This document shows, one piece after another, positions 41,018-49,086 of a stretch of 64,000 nt of DNA. Position 1 is the stretch's first letter. Each line of letters opens with the position of its first letter. The notes under the pieces are model-generated. The model was given only the letters and a program-made list of their open reading frames with translations. It did no database searches and was not told the origin of the DNA. The stretch comes from an uncultured Bacteroidales bacterium (GTDB lineage: Bacteria > Bacteroidota > Bacteroidia > Bacteroidales > UBA10428): positions 15,233 to 79,232 of the forward strand of contig CAZHQW010000006.1 in assembly GCA_964534745.1 (NCBI GenBank). The letters are read 5' to 3'. The position numbers and the translations under genes were made by a program.

Positions 41018-42676
41018 ATGGCTATGAAAAAAATAAAAATCTTTCTGCTAGGAACAATACTATTATTAGCAGGGTGTGAAGATTTTCTTGATATAAACCA
41101 CGATCCTAACAGGCCCTCGGAACCTGCAATTGATCAGTTACTCCCGGGAATAATGTATGACATGGCGGACGATATGTCCATAGGATACGGTAAATTGGGT
41201 TATGCATGCGCAGTATATGTACATCAGCTGACAACAAGACAACCTGAATATGATGATTATAACATTTCAGGGTCTTCGTATGCTGTTACCCAGTATTGGA
41301 AAGACCTGTTTGCCGGTCCGGCAGAGGATCTTAAGCTGCTTATTCAAATGGGAGAAGAAAGCGGCAACCTTATATATGCCGGTATTGGAAAAATAATGAA
41401 AGCCTATCTGTTCAGTATGATGGTAGACTTGTGGGGAGATATACCATATGCCGAAGCAAATACAACCGGTATTACCGAGCCGGCTTTTGATGATGATGAA
41501 CAAATATATACAACATTATTTGCATTAATAGATGAAGGTATTGCAGACATCAACAATACTGAAGCTGAAAATATACTTGTTCCGGACGATGACGATCTTA
41601 TCTATGGCGGTGACACAGACCAGTGGATTAAACTGGCAAACACGCTGAAGCTTAAGATGTACAACCAGGTAAGGCTCGTTTCCATGTACAACCAGTCGGC
41701 AGTTGATGCTTTGCTTGCAGGTGACTTAATCGAACCGGGTGATGATTTCATGTTGCCATTCGGTACTTCGGTGGCACCTGAAAATCGTCATCCTGCTTTT
41801 GTTTCAGAATACGGTGGTTCACAGATAAGCAATTATATAAGCCCCTGGTTTTATGAAAAGATGAGTGGCCAGAATCCTGATATTCTTACAGGAATTGTAG
41901 ATCCCAGGATACCTTACTACTGGTGCAACCAGAAGACCACCGGAGAAGCTCCTGAAAATCCGCCTGAATATAAAGACGGCAATTTCAACACGATCTATTT
42001 CGGATCTACCGGTCCGAACCGTGACCATGCAGGCCGCGCAAGTTTCACAATGATGGGAATATATCCCTGCGGAGGCAAATATGATGACGGCAGCGGCGGC
42101 GGACCCCTTGGCTCTACTGATGGAACAGGAGCTGCCCCGCAGAGGTTCATCACTTATGCCGACAGGTTATTCATAGAAGCCGAACTTATGCAGGCCGGAT
42201 TGGTATCGGTCATCGATGGAGACGACGCCAGGGCAAGACTGGAAAAGGCAATGTATGCTTCCTTTGAACAGGTAGATATGGTTGTGGCTATGGTAAATCC
42301 TGCCCAGTTAGTTCCAAGATTTGACACAGCCTCAACAGATACTGCATATGTCATGGCTGTACTTGCCGAGTATGATAATCCGGCAACTGATGCTGAAAAA
42401 CAAATGGAGATTGTTATGACAGAGAAGTGGATTTCCCAGTGGGGTAACGCATTGGATCAGTATACCGATTACAGAAGGACAGGATATCCCGTGAGGTTCG
42501 ATGCCAATTCAAACGACGGTAAACAGTATCAGGGTGATGAAGGTACCGCTCCGGTCCCGACACAAGAAACAAGGGCTTATCCGCTGTCATTCCCCTATGA
42601 TCAAAATGAAGTTATCCTGAATGATAACTGTACTCAAAAAGTTGTCTCTACATCTAATGTATTCTGGGATAATTAA
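41018..42676 (+). CDS. SusD/RagB-family nutrient-binding lipoprotein
   Basis: Lipobox LLAGCEDFLDINHDPNRPSE typical of the SusD-like_2/RagB group. Immediately downstream of SusC. Confidence 0.85.
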   Translation: MAMKKIKIFLLGTILLLAGCEDFLDINHDPNRPSEPAIDQLLPGIMYDMADDMSIGYGKLGYACAVYVHQLTTRQPEYDDYNISGSSYAVTQYWKDLFAGPAEDLKLLIQMGEESGNLIYAGIGKIMKAYLFSMMVDLWGDIPYAEANTTGITEPAFDDDEQIYTTLFALIDEGIADINNTEAENILVPDDDDLIYGGDTDQWIKLANTLKLKMYNQVRLVSMYNQSAVDALLAGDLIEPGDDFMLPFGTSVAPENRHPAFVSEYGGSQISNYISPWFYEKMSGQNPDILTGIVDPRIPYYWCNQKTTGEAPENPPEYKDGNFNTIYFGSTGPNRDHAGRASFTMMGIYPCGGKYDDGSGGGPLGSTDGTGAAPQRFITYADRLFIEAELMQAGLVSVIDGDDARARLEKAMYASFEQVDMVVAMVNPAQLVPRFDTASTDTAYVMAVLAEYDNPATDAEKQMEIVMTEKWISQWGNALDQYTDYRRTGYPVRFDANSNDGKQYQGDEGTAPVPTQETRAYPLSFPYDQNEVILNDNCTQKVVSTSNVFWDN

Positions 42677-42707
42677 TATTATTAATTAATAAATAAATTT
42701 TAAAGAC

Positions 42708-43592
42708 ATGAAGAAAATTATTTATATAATATTTGCTCTGGTCATCGGCGTGCTTACAACCTGTGATAAAGAGCCGGATGTCAGAATGCCAGAAATGCAG
42801 GATGCGGTTGCTGCTTATCTGAAACTGACAGAGAACTCTTCGCTCTCTGTGGACCTGTACGATTTAGCCGGATTTAGTTTTGAAGCAACTGTCGATGTTT
42901 TATTCGACGATCCCTTTCAAAAACTGGCTGTAGTAGTTGTATTTAACGGCGATTTTACCAAGCAGTATGTAATGACAGATAACATTACATCTGTGCCACA
43001 GACAGTGTCATATACGCTTGATGATATTGCGGCTGTTGTTGACGAGCTTAATGCTCCCGCTGATCTGGTATCAGGTGATGCATTCGTCTTCTTTGTAAAT
43101 ACTACATTGCCTGACGGAACCCTGTTGCCCGGCTATACTGAAAATGGTGATATAGCCTTTAGTTCAACCCTGGCCAATGCGCTAACCGGACTTAAGGGAG
43201 CTACATTCGATATTGATATTCCTGTTCCCTGTCCGTTCAGCATAGATGACTGGCCGGGAACATATGACTGCTTTGATCTTGATTATGCGTCGGAAAACAC
43301 AACAGCAGAAGTATTTCTTGACACCGAAGTTGAAAACGGATTGAAAGTATATGGAATGTATTCAAATTACGCTGAACCCGATACATTCAGAATTGTCTTA
43401 AATCCTGCTGACCTTTCAGTCAGTTTTGAATCACAGACAATTTCACAGGATTTGTGGGGATATGGACCTGCTACTGCCGATGCAGGTGGCGGTTCATTCA
43501 ACACATGCGACTTTACAATTAGTTATAATCTTGATGTTTGTGTCGGGGCCGGGTGTTTTTCAACATTTCATGTTCTTCTTGTAAAACAATAA
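42708..43592 (+). CDS. Hypothetical surface lipoprotein (SusE/F-position)
   Basis: Lipobox GVLTTCDKE. Third gene of the SusC/D locus. No family recognised. Confidence 0.5.
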   Translation: MKKIIYIIFALVIGVLTTCDKEPDVRMPEMQDAVAAYLKLTENSSLSVDLYDLAGFSFEATVDVLFDDPFQKLAVVVVFNGDFTKQYVMTDNITSVPQTVSYTLDDIAAVVDELNAPADLVSGDAFVFFVNTTLPDGTLLPGYTENGDIAFSSTLANALTGLKGATFDIDIPVPCPFSIDDWPGTYDCFDLDYASENTTAEVFLDTEVENGLKVYGMYSNYAEPDTFRIVLNPADLSVSFESQTISQDLWGYGPATADAGGGSFNTCDFTISYNLDVCVGAGCFSTFHVLLVKQ

Positions 43593-43610
43593 TAAACTTT
43601 GCAATAACTT

Positions 43611-43638
43611 AAAAAGCGAACCTCCGGGTTCGCTTTTT
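43611..43638 (+). terminator. Rho-independent terminator
   Basis: AAAAAGCGAACC-TCCG-GGTTCGCTTTTT: a perfect 7-bp GC-rich stem (12 bp counting A:T), a tetraloop and a T5 tail. Confidence 0.7.
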
Positions 43639-43685
43639 AAGTATATAGCTAACTGCTATTTTCTCACTTGATTTTACTATTTAGC

Positions 43686-46079
43686 GTGAAGCGGATCGTA
43701 TTGATACCAGTGCTTTTATTTATGCTTGCCGGCACAAAGAATTTAAACGGACAGGTAAGCGGTTCAATTGAGCCATACCTGCCGCCGGTGGATGTTATTG
43801 AGTCAAACGGTCCTGAACCAGGCTATTTCTTTATATCCTCAAGAGTGCTGAATACCCCTGATGCATACCATTTTGTTGCAATAATTGATAATTACGGCAC
43901 CCCCATTTACTACAAGAGAAATTACCTCGGCAACGGGGGCTTTCGTCTGCAGAAAAACGGGTATCTTACTTTCAGGCCCAATTGGCAGGGTTTCGGTTAT
44001 TTTGTTCTTGACAGCTCCTATAACCGCATAGACACGCTGTACATGCTTAACTACGATGCCAACCAGCATGATTTTAAAATATCTGAAGACGGACATGCAC
44101 TATTTATCGGGAACTATTACAGGAACGTTGATATGAGCCAGATTGTCGAAGGCGGAGATCCCGATGCCAGAGCCATGGAAGCTATTATCCAGGAATTTGA
44201 CAGCACAGGGAACCTTGTTCTGGAATGGAGAAGCTGGGAGCATTTTGATATTCTTGATGCCAACGAAGCCTCTGTCAACCTTAAGGCTTCAATTGTTGAT
44301 TATGTTCATCCTAACGGTATCGAGTTTGATTCCGATACAAGTATACTTCTCTCTTCACGCCACCTTGACGAGATTACAAAAATTGACAGGAGAACAGGCG
44401 AAATAATATGGAGGCTCGGGGGCAAGAAAAACCAGTTTGGCTTTATAAACGATACCATAGGGTTTTCAGCACAGCACAGTATTGTTAAACTTGATAACGG
44501 ACATATACTGCTTTTCGATAATGGCACCTATCATACACCACAGTTTTCCAGTGCAGTTGAATATGCTATCAATGAAGATTCGATGGAAGTCACATTAATA
44601 AAAAGATACCGGCCGGACTTTGATGTTTATGCCTCCTTTGGCTGCAACACCCAGAAACTTGAGGGAGGAAACATATTGCTCGGACTGGGAGAGACATCCC
44701 CATCAATTATTGAACTCCGCCCCGATAATTCAGTTGCCCTGATATTGGACTTTTCAGATTATGCCTCATCCCTGCTTATAACGAAGAAACCCTGGAAGAC
44801 AAACCTGTTTACCACAGGTGCCGATACAATCACGTTCCCCAAATATGAATATATGACATATTATTACCTGCTGAAATTGTCCAATAAATCGGACAGGCCT
44901 CTGGATATTACAGGATATTCTACCCATACAGAATCATTTTATATTGATGAAGATTTTCCCTTTACGATTCCTGCCGGTGGTGATACAATTATTGATGTAG
45001 CCTTCAATCCGCTTACCGAAGGCTATATTACAGACATACTTACTATAAATTCCGATATAGTAAGTGACACCCTCATACAGAGGGTTGCTCAACAAGTATA
45101 TCTTTCGGGGACAAGCGACGATTTCAACCCTCCTTTGGTGAATATATCCCCTTCGGATGAAGGCGGGGTGCCGCTTGACACAAAAGTATTTATTGAGTTT
45201 AACGAACCTGTAAGATATATTGATAATTCTGAAATTGACTATACAAATATAAAAACACTGCTTACTTTTAAGAAGACCGATGCCCAGGGTGAGGATATCG
45301 ACTTTATCGTTACGGTTAGTACAGATAAAAAACTGATAACTTTAAAACCTGTATTATCCCTGGAAGAGGAGCAGGTCTATTTTGTGGCTATAGCAAAGGG
45401 ACTGGAAGATTATTCTGACAACCCGGCCGACTCTCTCAGTGCAAGCTTTACGACAGGAGACATAGAGCCCCCCCGGGTGCAGATTTATCCGGCTGACGGA
45501 TCCACAGGTATCCCGACAATACTTGAGGCCACGGCCGTTTTTGATGAGCCGGTAAGGTTAACTGACAACAGGGAAATCGATGATACCAATGCTGACTCGG
45601 TAATCACATTAAAGGAGTCAGCGGGACAGATGAGCCATGTTCCCTTTGATGCAACAATCAACGCCGGGAAGACTGAAATAACAATTGTTCCTGATTCAGA
45701 ATTAGAACCTTACACGGGCTATGAAATAATAATCAGAGATGTGGAAGACTACAGCAATAACGCACTGTCAGGCTATATTGCAAGGTCATATTTTACCACG
45801 GGTCCATCGGAGCAAACACAGGTTATTCCGGATGGTACAGAATCGCAGTATATAATATATCCCAATCCCTGCAAAGGGAAATTTACCATTGATTTTGGCA
45901 GCGTGGATCCAAGGATAATAAAAGTTTACAATTTTTCCGGAAGGTTGATCTGCAAGGAAATCTCTTATGGCATGATGCAAGCCATTGGTTTGAAGGGCCT
46001 GCCCCAAGGCATATACTTTGTTGAAATAATCCTGTCCGATACCCCTGGAAAGGTACTGTTGAAAGTCATTAATGAATAG
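43686..46079 (+). CDS. Arylsulfotransferase (ASST)-like beta-propeller protein with 2 SbsA-Ig/Big_5-like domains and a T9SS C-terminal sorting domain
   Basis: DYVHPNGIEFDSDTSILLSSRHLDEITKIDRRTGEIIWRLGGK and QHSIVKLDNGHILLFDNG match the ASST family pattern. Tandem PP(L/R)V..(S/Y)P.D...(V/I)P...FxEPVR Ig-like domains. CTD YIIYPNPCKGKFTIDF...GIYFVEII at 45846-46076. The GTG at 43686 gives MKRIVLIPVLLFMLAG; the ORF track starts at TTG 43668. Confidence 0.75.
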   Translation: MKRIVLIPVLLFMLAGTKNLNGQVSGSIEPYLPPVDVIESNGPEPGYFFISSRVLNTPDAYHFVAIIDNYGTPIYYKRNYLGNGGFRLQKNGYLTFRPNWQGFGYFVLDSSYNRIDTLYMLNYDANQHDFKISEDGHALFIGNYYRNVDMSQIVEGGDPDARAMEAIIQEFDSTGNLVLEWRSWEHFDILDANEASVNLKASIVDYVHPNGIEFDSDTSILLSSRHLDEITKIDRRTGEIIWRLGGKKNQFGFINDTIGFSAQHSIVKLDNGHILLFDNGTYHTPQFSSAVEYAINEDSMEVTLIKRYRPDFDVYASFGCNTQKLEGGNILLGLGETSPSIIELRPDNSVALILDFSDYASSLLITKKPWKTNLFTTGADTITFPKYEYMTYYYLLKLSNKSDRPLDITGYSTHTESFYIDEDFPFTIPAGGDTIIDVAFNPLTEGYITDILTINSDIVSDTLIQRVAQQVYLSGTSDDFNPPLVNISPSDEGGVPLDTKVFIEFNEPVRYIDNSEIDYTNIKTLLTFKKTDAQGEDIDFIVTVSTDKKLITLKPVLSLEEEQVYFVAIAKGLEDYSDNPADSLSASFTTGDIEPPRVQIYPADGSTGIPTILEATAVFDEPVRLTDNREIDDTNADSVITLKESAGQMSHVPFDATINAGKTEITIVPDSELEPYTGYEIIIRDVEDYSNNALSGYIARSYFTTGPSEQTQVIPDGTESQYIIYPNPCKGKFTIDFGSVDPRIIKVYNFSGRLICKEISYGMMQAIGLKGLPQGIYFVEIILSDTPGKVLLKVINE

Positions 46080-48207
46080 AGAACCTTATAAGTATTTGCG
46101 TGTCTTTTATGCTGCAAGTTTTCCGGTAATCGGATTGTTACTAATCATTACAATAAAAAGTCCGGGCCAGGTTGCTGACGGCAGTGACCTTCTTCAGTAT
46201 ACCAGTCCCATTAACGGTTCAGCATACGTTACCAGGGAAAGTTCCATAATAATAAGGTATTGTAAGCCACTATGCAGAGAATCTGTAACCGATTCAACCA
46301 TAATAGTCACCGGCTCTGTAAAAGGCAGTTACATGGGCAAAATACATTTATGCAGCGATGAAAAAACATTGGTTTTCGAACATCCCGATCCTTTTAAAGT
46401 TTCAGAAAGAATTACTGTAGGCGTACGTGATGGTTTATATACGACAACCATGGATAAGATTCCCGGATTTGAACTTTCCTTCCTTGTTTCGGACAATAAG
46501 AATAATTATAGCCGTATGGATAACGGGAACAAAAATGCAGCTAGTCATGAATATCCGGAAATAAACAGCCATAAATCAACATTTAATGATTATCCCGAAG
46601 TATATTCACTGATAAATGATGAACCTTCGGCCGGATACTACTTCCTTGAAAAAAACTATGTTGGTTATTGTTATATTATGATTATCGACAACTTTGGAAT
46701 CCCAATATTTTACAGGATCCTCGAACATAATGCCCATAACTTTTCCCTTCAGCCTGCCGGATACCTTTCATATTATATCGAGCATGAGAGAAGCTATGCC
46801 ATACTTGACAGCCAGTATAATCATATTGATACGTACAGCATGAAAAACGGGTATGATGCTGACAGCCATGAATTTATATTGCTGGCTAATGGCCATTCAT
46901 TTATGATAGCATACGATCGCCAGCTTATTGAAATGGATAAGGTGGTAGAAGGCGGTGACCCCGATGCAACGGTAGTCGGACTGGTAATACAGGAACTTGA
47001 TGAAGATCAGAATGTTATATTTCAATGGAGAAGCTGGGATCATTTCAGTATACTTGATACTGATGATTCCGTGGTAGACCTGACATCGCAATATGTTGAT
47101 TATGTACACGGGAATTCCCTGGATATTGACTCCGACACATCCCTCCTATTATGTTCCAGGAACCTGAACGAGGTAACAAAAATCAACAGGCAGACAGGCG
47201 ATATAATATGGCGCATGGGCGGCAAACATAACCAGTTCACCTTTATTGATGACAACAGGGGCTTCGCCATGCAGCACTCAGTAAAGAAACTGGAAAACGG
47301 CAATTTAATTCTCTTTGATAACGGAATAATAGGTACGGCTGAGTATTCGAGAGGCGTCGAATATGAACTGGATGAGACAGATTATACTGTACATCTCATT
47401 AAGGAATTTAAGCACGATTCAAATGTTATGTCCCTGGTTATGGGCCATATACAAAGATTACCAAAAGGTAATACTCTCCTGGGGTGGGGCAAGAACCTTG
47501 GAAATTATGTCTGCACAGAGTATAGCTCTGACGGCGCAGTAGTTAATGACATATATTCGGATGATGACGTAAAACCCTACCGGGTGTGTAAATTCGGCTG
47601 GGATCCGGGAATAATAGAACTGGACAGGGATACTCTTTTATTTGATGCCATAAAACCCTATACGAGTGACACCAGGGAAATAAGAATATTCAACAGAACA
47701 GGTGAAAATATAATAATTAACGGCTATTCAAGGGGCAGTGCCCCCTTTTATACGGCAACTACCTTCCCGATAGTGATTCCGCCATATGACAGCCGCGTTC
47801 TGGAGATCAAATTCGTCCCTTTTCAAAGCGGCGAGTATAACGATGTGATAACTATTTACTCGGACGGACTGTCAGCCATTGGCGAGACACAAAGAATTGC
47901 AGTCCAGTTTGCCATAAAGGGAGCCTCTTCCTGGGATGCTTCCCATATAAAAGGCGTATTGTCCGACCAGAATAAAGAATTTCAGCTATACCCCAATCCG
48001 GTCACCGGCAAACTGACAATATACAATACCGGTAACACTGTTTATCTTGCAGTAATGGACCTGCAAGGGAGGGTCCTGATATCAGAAAAAATCCGTAATA
48101 GCGACAAGACTGAAATAGACTGCTCCGACCTTAATCCCGGGGTATATATGCTGGAGTTAACTGAAGGTTCGGGTTCAAAACATTCCGCCAGGTTTATTAA
48201 GAAATAA
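46072..48207 (+). CDS. ASST-like beta-propeller paralog with N-terminal Big_5-like domain and T9SS C-terminal sorting domain
   Basis: DYVHGNSLDIDSDTSLLLCSRNLNEVTKINRQTGDIIWRMGGK and QHSVKKLENGNLILFDNG. CTD FQLYPNPVTGKLTIYN...GVYMLELTEG at 47980-48204. The start overlaps the upstream stop (ATGAATAG). Confidence 0.75.
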   Translation: MNREPYKYLRVFYAASFPVIGLLLIITIKSPGQVADGSDLLQYTSPINGSAYVTRESSIIIRYCKPLCRESVTDSTIIVTGSVKGSYMGKIHLCSDEKTLVFEHPDPFKVSERITVGVRDGLYTTTMDKIPGFELSFLVSDNKNNYSRMDNGNKNAASHEYPEINSHKSTFNDYPEVYSLINDEPSAGYYFLEKNYVGYCYIMIIDNFGIPIFYRILEHNAHNFSLQPAGYLSYYIEHERSYAILDSQYNHIDTYSMKNGYDADSHEFILLANGHSFMIAYDRQLIEMDKVVEGGDPDATVVGLVIQELDEDQNVIFQWRSWDHFSILDTDDSVVDLTSQYVDYVHGNSLDIDSDTSLLLCSRNLNEVTKINRQTGDIIWRMGGKHNQFTFIDDNRGFAMQHSVKKLENGNLILFDNGIIGTAEYSRGVEYELDETDYTVHLIKEFKHDSNVMSLVMGHIQRLPKGNTLLGWGKNLGNYVCTEYSSDGAVVNDIYSDDDVKPYRVCKFGWDPGIIELDRDTLLFDAIKPYTSDTREIRIFNRTGENIIINGYSRGSAPFYTATTFPIVIPPYDSRVLEIKFVPFQSGEYNDVITIYSDGLSAIGETQRIAVQFAIKGASSWDASHIKGVLSDQNKEFQLYPNPVTGKLTIYNTGNTVYLAVMDLQGRVLISEKIRNSDKTEIDCSDLNPGVYMLELTEGSGSKHSARFIKK

Positions 48208-48910
48208 ACACTGTATTTATCAGGGAATTGTAATATTCCACAATCATCTTGAGATCAGGCATCTTATTTATCTTAAGACTATTTGACTTGATAAATGTCA
48301 TTATTGCTGAAGAATAGTCTTCAAAAAACCTCATGAACTTCTTTTTATTGTTGCCAACCAGCATTGTCTTTTTGCCTTCCACCAGGTAGAGGTCTTCCTG
48401 GATATAATTATGATCAATAGCTCCGTATGCCCCATATTTTATATCACTTTCAGGCTTTGGCCTGTAAGAAAAGGTTTTTAACAGTTTCACCTTCCCTTCA
48501 TATAATAGCTGCGCTATACCGAATAACTTCGAGTCTGCTGCAATTAAATTAAGGTTGACATACCTTTGATTCACACCCGCGTCATCAACCCATGAAAATT
48601 CTTTTATCCTGTATAGATCCAAAAGCTTCACCTCTCCGGAAAACTGTATCTCGAGGTTGTTACTTTTAAGATCATACTTGACAGGATAGTTTTTAATTGT
48701 CCGGTCCGATATAAGGGTAAAACTGCCGTTGTGCCACTGATCATCAAGGTAATAGGATTCATTATATCCTGTTTCCTTGGTTTCAAAATTTACAATTACT
48801 TCGTAGGGTGTGCCCAATATAGTAAAATCGTTCGGCGACCATTGTGAAAATATGCCACTGGTAAAAAGAAAAAGCAACAATCCTTGTAAAATCCAATTCT
48901 TCATGCTCAT
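48197..48910 (-). CDS. Hypothetical secreted protein
   Basis: Signal peptide LLLFLFTSGIFSQ. Its 3' end overlaps the convergent ASST-like gene by 11 nt. No family recognised. Confidence 0.45.
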   Translation of the reverse strand: MSMKNWILQGLLLFLFTSGIFSQWSPNDFTILGTPYEVIVNFETKETGYNESYYLDDQWHNGSFTLISDRTIKNYPVKYDLKSNNLEIQFSGEVKLLDLYRIKEFSWVDDAGVNQRYVNLNLIAADSKLFGIAQLLYEGKVKLLKTFSYRPKPESDIKYGAYGAIDHNYIQEDLYLVEGKKTMLVGNNKKKFMRFFEDYSSAIMTFIKSNSLKINKMPDLKMIVEYYNSLINTVFIS

Positions 48911-49043
48911 ATTAATTATTTTAATTTGGTTAAATATTTATAAAAATTATAAAAATATAGTATAAAAATAATGACAATTATTCAATTTTTAAAAAATACA
49001 TCTATATTTAAGCTCCTTTTAAAATATTTTCCCTGATTTTTAA

Positions 49044-49051
49044 TAGTTTTG
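49044..49051 (+). promoter_or_regulatory. -7 box (TAGTTTTG) upstream of the second SusC
   Basis: Exact TAnnTTTG match 36 nt upstream of the ATG at 49087. Confidence 0.4.
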
Positions 49052-49086
49052 AATAATAATAAGATATTTATTATGTTATCCATATC

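Noticed and set aside
48197-48207. An 11-nt overlap of the convergent 3' ends of the second ASST-like gene and the 237-aa hypothetical gene.
   Set aside because: Short convergent overlaps are common in compact genomes. No hairpin or antisense regulatory structure is evident.
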